Shown here: positions 8,462 to 16,529 of the stretch, piece by piece
Numbering within the stretch: position 1 is the stretch's first letter
Layout of the letters: every line of letters starts with the position of its first letter
NCBI GenBank assembly: GCA_001029695.1
Contig: CP011211.1
Location: 690,001-722,000, forward strand
Source of the DNA: Candidatus Saccharimonadota bacterium
Lineage (GTDB): Bacteria; Patescibacteriota; Saccharimonadia; Saccharimonadales; Saccharimonadaceae
Length of the DNA stretch: 32,000 bases
Direction of reading: 5' to 3'
Made by a program: the position numbers and the translations under genes
The notes under the pieces: model-generated
Told to the model about the DNA's origin: nothing
Databases searched by the model: none
What the model saw: only the letters and a program-made list of their open reading frames with translations

Positions 8462-8949
8462 TGCGCATCGCACTACCTATAAAAATAAGAAGGGCTATTG
8501 TAGTATCTATATTTACTATGGCTCTCGCGGTGACATCGCTTGCGCCGATTACCACCCCTGCAGTTGCCGCACAGAATCAACCGGCGGGTGGCCAGCAGAC
8601 AGCTCAGGATAAGTGTAAACGAGGTAGTTTCCTTGCTTTTCCTCGCTGGTACGATGGGCTTTGTGAGAATGGTAAGATTAAACCCATCTCTAACACAAAT
8701 GCAACTGGTGCTGGTAGCTTGGGTAGTATGATATGGACGATTGTGCTTAATATTATCGCCATAATGCTCTATGTAGTAGGTTATGTATCTCTCGGATTTA
8801 TTATCTGGGGAGGGATTAAGTTTGTGATCTCTGGAGATAATGCCAATGGTGTCGCCTCTGCACGAAAGACTATACTTAACGCGGTTATTGGACTTGTGAT
8901 CTCGATCATGTCGACAGCCATAGTCAATGTAATAGCGGGAACATTTTAA
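8461..8949 (+). CDS. pilin-array member P3: VirB2/TrbC-like double-TM small secreted protein (subtype B, divergent)
   Basis: In-frame ATG at 8461 overlaps the P2 stop (TAATG), and I prefer it to the track start at 8431. It has a signal peptide ending ...PAVAA and 2 Cys. The C-terminal module is WGGIKFVISGDNANGVASARKTILNAVIGLVISIMSTAIVNVIAGTF. Confidence 0.7.
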   Translation: MRIALPIKIRRAIVVSIFTMALAVTSLAPITTPAVAAQNQPAGGQQTAQDKCKRGSFLAFPRWYDGLCENGKIKPISNTNATGAGSLGSMIWTIVLNIIAIMLYVVGYVSLGFIIWGGIKFVISGDNANGVASARKTILNAVIGLVISIMSTAIVNVIAGTF

Positions 8950-8954
8950 CTAAT

Positions 8955-9350
8955 ATGAATATGATTTTTCAAGGCTTTTCACAAACACCATCGGCACAGA
9001 TCACTATCAGCCCCGATGAAATTAAGGCACCCGTAAACCAGCTTGATGAAGCATCGCTTGGTTTGCTCTTAAATACCGTTTACTTATGGGTTGGGATTAT
9101 TGCAGTTATTGTGATTATCATCGCAGGTATTCGCTACACGACAAGCGGGGGCGACCCTGCACGGGTGAAGGCTGCTAAAAACACAATTCTCTACGCAGTT
9201 GTAGGGCTTGTGGTTGTAATTATGGCTGCTGCGATTACTCAGTTTGTGATTCAGGGTGCTACTAGTGGTGGTACGGGTGGCTCAAATGCAGCGAATCAGC
9301 AGCAAAACCCAGCAGGGGGCGGTACTACCCCTCCGGCATCAGGTAATTAA
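8955..9350 (+). CDS. pilin-array member P4: double-TM module protein without obvious signal peptide, G/T/N/Q/P-rich C-terminal extension
   Basis: 131 aa. The module is VGIIAVIVIIIAGIRYTTSGGDPARVKAAKNTILYAVVGLVVVIMAAAITQFVIQG. It is followed by ATSGGTGGSNAANQQQNPAGGGTTPPASGN. Confidence 0.65.
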   Translation: MNMIFQGFSQTPSAQITISPDEIKAPVNQLDEASLGLLLNTVYLWVGIIAVIVIIIAGIRYTTSGGDPARVKAAKNTILYAVVGLVVVIMAAAITQFVIQGATSGGTGGSNAANQQQNPAGGGTTPPASGN

Positions 9351-9382
9351 TGATATATTGACTATGAAAGGCGAAATAAAAA

Positions 9383-9760
9383 ATGAATCAATTTAAAAAG
9401 ATAATGACCGCAACGCTTATTACACTTGGGTTGGCTGGAATTACCACACTAACACTAGTTGATAGTGCATCTGCTGTTGAAGTGTTTCAGGGGTGTAGCG
9501 GAGGAAATTCATCCGTAGTGTGTAACTCAAAGGGCGATAACGCTCAAACGATCATCAAGAATGTCATAAACACGATTTTGGTCGTACTAGGTATGATCGC
9601 TGTGATCATGATCATCATTGGCGGTATCCGCTACACGACGAGTAACGGTGACTCGGGTTCGGTCAAAAGCGCAAAAGATACTATTCTCTACTCTGTCGTT
9701 GGGTTGGTAGTTGCCATACTGTCATTTGCAATTGTTAATTTTGTAGTAGGAAGATTTTAA
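9383..9760 (+). CDS. pilin-array member P5: VirB2/TrbC-like T4SS-pilin-type protein (subtype B)
   Basis: 125 aa with a signal peptide ending SASA and a CSGGNSSVVC pair. The module is LGMIAVIMIIIGGIRYTTSNGDSGSVKSAKDTILYSVVGLVVAILSFAIVNFVVGRF. Confidence 0.75.
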   Translation: MNQFKKIMTATLITLGLAGITTLTLVDSASAVEVFQGCSGGNSSVVCNSKGDNAQTIIKNVINTILVVLGMIAVIMIIIGGIRYTTSNGDSGSVKSAKDTILYSVVGLVVAILSFAIVNFVVGRF

Positions 9761-9777
9761 AAGGAGTTAATTATTAT

Positions 9778-10161
9778 ATGAAGAATCTAAAACTAGGACT
9801 TATCTCTGTGATGGCTATTGTAGGAGTTGCTTTTGCGACCCCACTGCTCGTCGTTTCAACTGTCGGTGCCGAAGGTCCAGCGGATGCGATAGGAGAGGGT
9901 GCAAAGAAAGTCGGAGGCGACAACGCTGGTATGTCTCTTGAAGACGGGATTAAGAACGTTGTTAACGTGCTTCTTTTCCTTCTTGGAGCGATTGCTGTGA
10001 TCATGATCATCATTGGCGGTATCCGTTATGCGACAAGCAATGGCGACTCGGGCGCGATTAAGGGTGCAAAAGATACGATCCTCTATGCGGTTATTGGACT
10101 GATCGTAGCTATTCTCGCCTATGCAATCGTCAACTTTGTCGTTGGTGCATTTGCGAAGTAA
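9778..10161 (+). CDS. pilin-array member P6: VirB2/TrbC-like T4SS-pilin-type protein (subtype B)
   Basis: 127 aa, with AAGGAG upstream and a signal peptide ending TVGA. The module is LGAIAVIMIIIGGIRYATSNGDSGAIKGAKDTILYAVIGLIVAILAYAIVNFVVGAFAK. Confidence 0.75.
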   Translation: MKNLKLGLISVMAIVGVAFATPLLVVSTVGAEGPADAIGEGAKKVGGDNAGMSLEDGIKNVVNVLLFLLGAIAVIMIIIGGIRYATSNGDSGAIKGAKDTILYAVIGLIVAILAYAIVNFVVGAFAK

Positions 10162-10234
10162 GCTATTAACAAACCGACCCGTATCTGCTATAACATAAGT
10201 AGGACAATTCCATAAGAAAGGAACTATAAAAATA

Positions 10235-10663
10235 ATGAAAAAAAATATCAAACAACTGCTAGCTGGCGCACTTCTTCTACCAGTTATGGTGCTTGGAGCG
10301 AGCTTTTTCACAACAGCACTTCAACCAGCACCTGCAGTACACGCAGCATTTGAAAAAGGCATGATGGATGGCGCTAACTCAGCTCAAGGTAAGAACCAGC
10401 AGGGTGATGCCGCAACTCTCTTTGGTGAAGGTGGCGAAGGTGGTATTTTCCGTACTATCACAAACGTGCTCCTCTTCCTTATCGGTGCGATCAGTGTGAT
10501 CATGCTTATTGTTGGTGGTATTCGCTACGTTGTATCTGGTGGTGATCAGTCAGCTGTTCAAGGTGCCAAGAACACAATTCTCTACGCGATTGTTGGTGTG
10601 GTTGTAGCTATCCTAGCTTTTGCCGTCGTCAACTTCGTTATCACAAGCTTCTCAAATTCATAA
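10235..10663 (+). CDS. pilin-array member P7: VirB2/TrbC-like T4SS-pilin-type protein (subtype B)
   Basis: 142 aa with a signal peptide ending AVHA. The module is IGAISVIMLIVGGIRYVVSGGDQSAVQGAKNTILYAIVGVVVAILAFAVVNFVITSFSNS. A strong terminator follows. Confidence 0.75.
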   Translation: MKKNIKQLLAGALLLPVMVLGASFFTTALQPAPAVHAAFEKGMMDGANSAQGKNQQGDAATLFGEGGEGGIFRTITNVLLFLIGAISVIMLIVGGIRYVVSGGDQSAVQGAKNTILYAIVGVVVAILAFAVVNFVITSFSNS

Positions 10664-10682
10664 TTGAGTAGTAGCATTTACA

Positions 10683-10713
10683 CTACCCTGTCATGACAGC
10701 AGGGTAGTTTTTT
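10683..10713 (+). terminator. intrinsic terminator closing the pilin array
   Basis: Stem CTACCCTG / CAGGGTAG (8 bp) followed by TTTTTT. Confidence 0.7.
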
Positions 10714-10762
10714 GTTTGCTGTGACCTTGGTATTACGCCTAGGTCATATTTATTGAGCACTA

Positions 10763-10791
10763 AAATACCCCCTTCTCGCTAGGGGGTATTT
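10763..10791 (-). terminator. intrinsic terminator of hsp20
   Basis: Stem AAATACCCCC / GGGGGTATTT (10 bp) with a 9-nt loop. On the minus strand it is followed by a T-run. It lies 26 nt past the hsp20 stop. Confidence 0.6.
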
Positions 10792-10816
10792 CTTTGAATT
10801 GAGCGTGATTTCCGTA

Positions 10817-11278
10817 CTAAAGTACTTGGATCTTTTTTGCTTGCTCTTGCTTCACCTTACTAAAGCTGATGGTGAGGACGCCGTCTTTGAGGACTGCTTC
10901 AACTTCATCTTCTTTTACAGCTACAGGAAGTGCAAGCGTGCGGCTGAACTCACCCCAGAAACATTCTTGGATGTGCCAGTTTGTTGCACTGCTGTCGTCA
11001 CCACTACTTAGCGTACCGCTAATAGTAAGGATGCCGTCGCTGATGCTAACATCAAGCTCTTCTTTGTTTACACCAGCAGTACGTGCTTTGACAACGAGCT
11101 TTTCTTCAGTCTCATATACATCAACAGCAAGCTGTCCTGGAAATTCATCTTCAGCGGAATCTGTTTCATCAACAGCTGGAGTATGGGGTGCTTGTACTTG
11201 AGATAGGTCATCATCGTTCAAGAACGCTGCTGCCAACTCATCTTCGATCAATAGATCATCGTTTTGCTTTCGGGCCAT
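10817..11278 (-). CDS. small heat-shock protein, Hsp20/alpha-crystallin family
   Basis: Alpha-crystallin-domain pattern: LAVDVYETEEKLVVKARTAGVNKEELDVSISDGILTISG ... FSRTLALPVAVKEDEVEAVLKDGVLTISFSK. I moved the start to ATG at 11278 (MARKQ...), which has GGAGG 5 nt upstream. The track GTG at 11290 overlaps that SD. Confidence 0.85.
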   Translation of the reverse strand: MARKQNDDLLIEDELAAAFLNDDDLSQVQAPHTPAVDETDSAEDEFPGQLAVDVYETEEKLVVKARTAGVNKEELDVSISDGILTISGTLSSGDDSSATNWHIQECFWGEFSRTLALPVAVKEDEVEAVLKDGVLTISFSKVKQEQAKKIQVL

Positions 11279-11385
11279 GGTAACCTCCACTTTTCTCTTG
11301 GCTCACTTGACAAATAGTCTTCTACAGTATAACCAATATATGCAGTATAATCAATAAAATAGCATAGCTAAACGTAAAAAGTACA

Positions 11386-12054
11386 ATGATAGATGACATA
11401 TTATCACTCATAGCCCCTCACTACTGTTTTGGATGCACAAAAGTAGGGGTAGTTTTATGTCAAAATTGTAAATATAACATCATATCTGAGCCGTATCGAC
11501 GATGCATAAACTGTGCAGTTCCCATAACGACAAACAGAGGAGTATGCTTGCGTTGTAAACTACCCTACTCTCGTGCCTGGTGTATCGGGGAGAGAAATGG
11601 TGAGCTGGAGTCATTACTTAACGCGTATAAATTTAGCAATGTACGTGCAGTGTATAAGGCGTTTGCTGATCTTCTCGACTCATCGCTTTCAAACCTTCCT
11701 TCTTCGGTGTATGTCGTTCCAGTTCCTACTATTACTACTCATATACGACAACGTGGCTATGATCATACTGCATTGATTGCAAAAGAGTTTGCCCGTAAGC
11801 GTAAACTGACGTACTTACCGTGTCTTGGGAGAAAGACTAATACGGTACAGCGAGGTAAAGGGCGTGGCGAGCGTATCAAGCAGGCGAAGACCGCGTTTAC
11901 ATGTCAGGCTCAGCTTGATGACAGTGGTGTTTATCTATTGATTGATGACGTAGTGACGACAGGCGCAACCGTACGATATAGTGCAAAAGCATTAAAAGCC
12001 GCGGGCGCTAAAGATGTATGGGTGGCATCAATTAGTCGTCAACCTCTCGACTGA
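11386..12054 (+). CDS. comFC: ComF-family protein (ComFC-type phosphoribosyltransferase-fold competence protein)
   Basis: N-terminal 4-Cys zinc-finger pattern (CFGC ... CQNC, then CINC ... CLRC). C-terminal PRTase motif VYLLIDDVVTTGATV. Confidence 0.8.
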   Translation: MIDDILSLIAPHYCFGCTKVGVVLCQNCKYNIISEPYRRCINCAVPITTNRGVCLRCKLPYSRAWCIGERNGELESLLNAYKFSNVRAVYKAFADLLDSSLSNLPSSVYVVPVPTITTHIRQRGYDHTALIAKEFARKRKLTYLPCLGRKTNTVQRGKGRGERIKQAKTAFTCQAQLDDSGVYLLIDDVVTTGATVRYSAKALKAAGAKDVWVASISRQPLD

Positions 12055-12096
12055 ATGCCTATAATCTGGTACCATGGTTTTCGTACACTTACACAT

Positions 12097-12186
12097 GGAG
12101 AGGTGCCCGAGTGGTTGAAGGGAACGGTCTTGAAAACCGTCGAGCCGGCAACGGTTCCGAGAGTTCGAATCTCTCTCTCTCCGCCA
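12097..12186 (+). tRNA. tRNA-Ser (anticodon UGA), CCA encoded
   Basis: Cloverleaf folded by hand. Acceptor GGAGAGG/TCTCTCC, anticodon stem ACGGT/ACCGT with loop CTTGAAA, long variable arm, T-arm GAGAG-TTCGAAT-CTCTC, 3' GCCA. Confidence 0.9.
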
Positions 12187-12194
12187 TAGAAAAC

Positions 12195-12220
12195 GCGCGA
12201 TCATTTTGGTCGCGCTTTTT
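12195..12220 (+). terminator. intrinsic terminator after tRNA-Ser(UGA)
   Basis: Stem GCGCGATC / GGTCGCGC (one G-U pair) followed by TTTTT. Confidence 0.55.
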
Positions 12221-12283
12221 CTATGGTAAAAATACGTATTTCTCTACCCATTCACCTATAAAGAGCATATAATCATAACCATA

Positions 12284-15055
12284 ATGAAAATATCCTCTCC
12301 ATCAAACGAGGCGTATCGTCTCTCTGTCGACGACGCACTAAACCAATATCAGACAACAGAAAAAGGTCTCGGTGTCATGCGAGCTGGTCAACTGTTTGAG
12401 GAAAATGGCCCAAATGCGCTCATTGCCCTTAAGTCTGAGCCGTTGTGGCGTCGTTACCTGCGTCAATTCCAGGACTGGATGATTCTCTTACTGCTTGCGA
12501 GTGGTGCTATATCTGCATACCTCGGTGATATACGTACAGCAGCGGTTCTCGCGGCATTAGTCTTATTTAACACTATCATAGGCTTTATGCAGGAGTACCG
12601 AGCCGAGCGAACGATGCAAGCACTTGAGAAACTCGTTCAGCCGCTTGCTGAGGTATATCGCGACGGAACACTGACAGAAGAAGAATCTCGACGGCTGGTC
12701 GTGGGAGATGTGATTCGTCTCACTGAAGGCGATAGCGTACCTGCGGACGTAAGGCTTATCGAGGTTTCTGCATTTTCAACCAACGACTTTGCGCTGACGG
12801 GCGAAAGTAACCCAACACGTAAGTTTGTCCACGCAATTGGCGGTACGGTTCCTATGGCGAACCGTCATAATCTCGCATATATGGGCACAACCGTAGCAAC
12901 TGGCGAGGCCTACGGCCTTGTGATCGCCACTGGTATGGATACGGAGCTTGGCCGTATTGCGAGCCTTAGTCAGGAGGCACCTCACGATATTAGCCCGTTG
13001 CAGCGGGAAATGCGTCACATAGCCACGTACGTGACATATGGCGTCGTTATTTTGTCACTTATCTTGTTGATCGTGGCTATTTATGCGGATCTTCCACTTA
13101 AAGAGGCGCTACTCTTCGCGGTTGGGTTTGCAAGTGCGCTCATTCCACAAGGCTTACCTGCCGAAGTAAACACTTCCTTGGCGCAGGCTGCAGGCAAGCT
13201 ATCTCGGGCAAAGGCGTTAGTTAAGAAGTTGAGTGCCGTGGAGACGCTTGGCGCGACGCACATTATCTGTACAGACAAGACAGGGACGCTGACGAAGAAT
13301 GAAATGACTGTCGAGAGTATTATCGTCGGCGATCAGGCGTACGACATATCAGGGACTGGCTATCAACCAAAGGGAGCTGTTGAACGAAGAGGCCGACAGA
13401 TAAGTGAAAAAGAATTAGCACAACTCCAAGACTTTTTTCGTATAGGCCTGTACGCCAGCAATGCTAAGATTCTCGCTCCTGATCAGCACTCTGAGAAATG
13501 GTATTGTCTTGGTGATCCAACCGAAGGTGCATTAATCACCCTTGCTGCAAAAGCAGGCCTTGTCACCGAGGATGAGTTGGCGAGGCGTGTTGAGATTCGA
13601 GAATTGCCGTTTGACTCGAGTCGAAAACGCATGACGTCTATCCGTGATCACGGCCATCGGGCGATCGCGTACGTAAAAGGTGCTCCCGAAAATATCCTTG
13701 AGCGCGCTACGCATATTTACGAGAACGGTGCCGCACGAGCTATAACCGACAAGGATAAGCAGCGTTTTCTCGATGAGCATACGGCGCGTGCGGGTCGTGC
13801 ACTTCGAAATCTTGCCTTTGCCACACGCGAGCTGACGCTTGATCAGGCAAAGCACCTTGCTCTCGACGATGTCGAATCGCGCCTCACGCTCGTAGGTATG
13901 GTGAGTATGATTGATCCTATTCGCGAAGCAGTGCCAGCTGCTATGCGAGCCGCCCGCCAAGCTCACATCAAGGTAAATATCGTGACGGGTGATTTTGCAC
14001 TTACGGCTATGGCGATAGCGAAGCAGGCGGATTTGGTTGCAGATGAAAGCGAGCTAACTGTCGTAACTGGTGAGCAGCTTAATACTATGACTGACGATGA
14101 GGTTCTGAAGCAAACGACAAAGGGTGGTACGATTTTTAGTCGTGTCAGTCCAGAAGATAAGATGCGTATCGTAGGGCTCGTGCAGTCATCTGGGCAGGTT
14201 GTTGCTGTAACTGGTGACGGTATAAATGACGCCCCTGCTCTAAAGCGAGCCGACATTGGCGTAGCGATGGGTATTACGGGGACGGATGTGGCTAAGCAGT
14301 CTGCCGAAGTGATCCTTCTCGATGACAGTTTTAGTACGCTTGTGCGAGCAATTCGCCAAGGGCGTACTATTTTTGCCAACATCAAAAAAGGCGTGTTGAG
14401 TTGTTTTACCTCAAATGCTGCTGAGCTTGTCGTCAATATCGGTAGTCTTGTTTTACTGAGCGTCGCGGGTATTCCGCTTTCGATTAATGTCTTGCAGCTT
14501 CTAGCTATCGATCTTCTCGCAGAGCTCTTCCCTATTGCGGCGCTTGGATGGGACAAGGAAGAGGGTGAAACTATGAAGCAAAAGCCGCGTGATCCAAAAG
14601 CTCATATCCTTAATCGTCGAAGTATCCTTGATATCTTGTGGTGTGGCCTTGTGATCGGTGGCTTGGCACTCCTTAATTACCTATGGTTCTTCGATCGTCA
14701 TGGGGTCAATCCTCAAGATGCCGCTACAGACCTTCTATATAGCGCTACTACTATGACGTATGTGACGATTGTATTCTGTCAGTTGGTAAATATCGCTCAG
14801 CGACGCAGCGTCCATGGTCTTTTCACGAGGTATCAACTATCAAACCGCTATTTCTGGATTGCAGTACTCTTCTCGATTGGAGTGGTGCTCGCCATTACAT
14901 ACGTGCCATTTGTCAGTCAGTTCTTTAAGAGTGGTCCAATAGGGCTTATCGACTGGGCATTTATCGGAGCGGCGATGTTGATCTTCCTTGGTGTTCGGGA
15001 AGTGCAGCGTTTATGGGGTGAATTTCGTCGAAAAGATGTCGTAGAAGCTGTCTAA
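12284..15055 (+). CDS. cation-translocating P-type ATPase (P2/SERCA-like architecture; ion specificity unresolved)
   Basis: 923 aa. Motifs read: LTGES (actuator TGES), ICTDKTGTLT (phosphorylation site), VKGAPE, VTGD, VAVTGDGINDAPALKRADIGVAMG. M4 reads IPQGLPAE. Confidence 0.9.
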   Translation: MKISSPSNEAYRLSVDDALNQYQTTEKGLGVMRAGQLFEENGPNALIALKSEPLWRRYLRQFQDWMILLLLASGAISAYLGDIRTAAVLAALVLFNTIIGFMQEYRAERTMQALEKLVQPLAEVYRDGTLTEEESRRLVVGDVIRLTEGDSVPADVRLIEVSAFSTNDFALTGESNPTRKFVHAIGGTVPMANRHNLAYMGTTVATGEAYGLVIATGMDTELGRIASLSQEAPHDISPLQREMRHIATYVTYGVVILSLILLIVAIYADLPLKEALLFAVGFASALIPQGLPAEVNTSLAQAAGKLSRAKALVKKLSAVETLGATHIICTDKTGTLTKNEMTVESIIVGDQAYDISGTGYQPKGAVERRGRQISEKELAQLQDFFRIGLYASNAKILAPDQHSEKWYCLGDPTEGALITLAAKAGLVTEDELARRVEIRELPFDSSRKRMTSIRDHGHRAIAYVKGAPENILERATHIYENGAARAITDKDKQRFLDEHTARAGRALRNLAFATRELTLDQAKHLALDDVESRLTLVGMVSMIDPIREAVPAAMRAARQAHIKVNIVTGDFALTAMAIAKQADLVADESELTVVTGEQLNTMTDDEVLKQTTKGGTIFSRVSPEDKMRIVGLVQSSGQVVAVTGDGINDAPALKRADIGVAMGITGTDVAKQSAEVILLDDSFSTLVRAIRQGRTIFANIKKGVLSCFTSNAAELVVNIGSLVLLSVAGIPLSINVLQLLAIDLLAELFPIAALGWDKEEGETMKQKPRDPKAHILNRRSILDILWCGLVIGGLALLNYLWFFDRHGVNPQDAATDLLYSATTMTYVTIVFCQLVNIAQRRSVHGLFTRYQLSNRYFWIAVLFSIGVVLAITYVPFVSQFFKSGPIGLIDWAFIGAAMLIFLGVREVQRLWGEFRRKDVVEAV

Positions 15056-15459
15056 ACGTTTGTTCCACCACCGCTGGTGCCGCTAAACGAAGAGATGACA
15101 AATTCAATTGCCGCATAAGCAAGTATTGCGACGATAAGTCCTACGATTGCATATAAGATAGTGTTTTTTGCTGACTGCACGGCACTTGAATCTCCGCCAG
15201 AGATAACGTAGCGGAGACCACCGATAATAATCATTACCACACTCAGTGCGCCGATGAGAAAGAGGAGGACGTCAGTGACGGTCTTAAACACACCCGCTTC
15301 GCCGAAGAGGTCAGCTACTTGGTCGGCACCCTTTGCTGCTTGGGCTCCTTCGCTCATACCTATGTCTAGGTTTGCTGCGTGGGTGGATGCTACGAAAAAG
15401 AGTGTCGCGGCTGAAATGGCGACGAGATAGGCGACGGAGATTTGTACGATCTGCTTCAT
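15052..15459 (-). CDS. pilin paralog P8: VirB2/TrbC-like T4SS-pilin-type protein (subtype B), detached from the array
   Basis: 135 aa with a signal peptide ending STHA. The module is IGALSVVMIIIGGLRYVISGGDSSAVQSAKNTILYAIVGLIVAILAYAAIEFVISSF. It is closest to P7. Its stop codon overlaps the ATPase stop by 4 nt, with the two genes convergent. Confidence 0.75.
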   Translation of the reverse strand: MKQIVQISVAYLVAISAATLFFVASTHAANLDIGMSEGAQAAKGADQVADLFGEAGVFKTVTDVLLFLIGALSVVMIIIGGLRYVISGGDSSAVQSAKNTILYAIVGLIVAILAYAAIEFVISSFSGTSGGGTNV

Positions 15460-15638
15460 TCTATAACACTCTCAATTACTTAACTATGTAATATACTTGT
15501 TATTATAGCAAATATTAACAAAAAAGTCTAGTCCTCTGTAGGGTATTCATGCTATAATAATCGAGCTAGACAGGTGTAAATAACCGAATTAGTACAAGCC
15601 AGTATCGATTTTTACTGTAACGTAAATTGAGAACATAC

Positions 15639-15731
15639 GGAGGAGTACCCAAGTGGCTTAAGGGGACGGTTTGCTAAATCGTTAGTCTGGGGAGACCTGG
15701 AGCGGGAGTTCGAATCTCCCCTCCTCCGCCA
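15639..15731 (+). tRNA. tRNA-Ser (anticodon GCU), CCA encoded
   Basis: Acceptor GGAGGAG..CTCCTCC, anticodon stem ACGGT/ATCGT with loop TTGCTAA, long variable arm, T-arm GGGAG-TTCGAAT-CTCCC, 3' GCCA. Confidence 0.9.
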
Positions 15732-15753
15732 AATATTTGTTACCCAATCCAGT

Positions 15754-15782
15754 CCGCGCGAAAGTGCGGGCTTGTTTTTTTG
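15754..15782 (+). terminator. intrinsic terminator after tRNA-Ser(GCU)
   Basis: Stem CCGCGC-gaaa-GTGCGG (GNRA-type loop, one G-U pair) followed by a T-rich run (CTTGTTTTTTTT). Confidence 0.55.
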
Positions 15783-15898
15783 TGTCATATGAAAGTCAGG
15801 GGCGCTTAGGGGTACGCGAGGCTGCAGGGTTTATTCCTGTTCGCGGTGGCATGAGAAAAGGTGCGATAAGCGCTAGCCATAGTCTTTGCCATCGTGAC

Positions 15899-16414
15899 CT
15901 ATAGATTAATTTGGCACTGAGTAACGACGCCGCCCTCATTTACTCCTGATGCTCCTGCGACCGAACAGCTCTGGTTTGTGCCTTGTAGGTAATATACGAT
16001 TCGAGGGTATGGAGTTGTGAAATATACCGCTCCTGCACGCATATTGTTCGCTATGCCGATAGGAAATCGAGAAGTCGCAAGTGTCGGCTTATTCCCTCCG
16101 ACTATAGGAGATAGTTCATTATCGAGAGCTGCCGAAACGGCTTTTGCTCCAGAGTCTCCTATCCAGCACTGATCACCAGGATAGCCTTTGCCTAGGCATC
16201 CGATATTGGTGGGAAAGTCACCCTCGAGGGTCTGGTATTGCTTAAAAGCCTTATAGTATGCATTTACGCCCGAGATAACCTGTGTATTGCGAGCTTTTTG
16301 CTGCACGCCATTGAAAGCGACTATCGTAATCGCTGCAAGAATACCAATAACAACGATTACTATGAGAAGTTCTACGATCGTAAACCCATTTTTGGCGCTA
16401 TTTTTTATGCTCAT
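15899..16414 (-). CDS. type IV pilin (prepilin-type N-terminal cleavage/methylation domain)
   Basis: N-terminus MSIKNSAKNG|FTIVELLIVIVVIGILAAITIVAFNG is the class III signal motif G/FT(I/L)xE plus a hydrophobic alpha-1 helix. The variable C-terminal domain has 4 Cys. Confidence 0.85.
   Translation of the reverse strand: MSIKNSAKNGFTIVELLIVIVVIGILAAITIVAFNGVQQKARNTQVISGVNAYYKAFKQYQTLEGDFPTNIGCLGKGYPGDQCWIGDSGAKAVSAALDNELSPIVGGNKPTLATSRFPIGIANNMRAGAVYFTTPYPRIVYYLQGTNQSCSVAGASGVNEGGVVTQCQINL
16302..16384. repeat. 83-nt perfect direct repeat, copy 1 (encodes pilin alpha-1 helix)
   Basis: TGCACGCCATTGAAAGCGACTATCGTAATCGCTGCAAGAATACCAATAACAACGATTACTATGAGAAGTTCTACGATCGTAAA is identical at 16924..17006. 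Confidence 0.95.
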
Positions 16415-16529
16415 GCTTAATTCATTTTAATACATAAGGAAGAAATAAAACAGATTGATTGCGATCGTCGCGCGAAGCTATAGCAGCTATCGGCTGAAGC
16501 GTAGTTAGGAATGAGATTCTTGTGAGTTT

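Noticed and set aside
12187-15638. The tRNA-Ser-flanked ATPase-P8 segment as a possible integrated genomic island.
   Set aside because: There is no integrase, recombinase or transposase, and no partial tRNA 3'-end direct repeat (att-like). Both flanking tRNAs are complete and are different isoacceptors.
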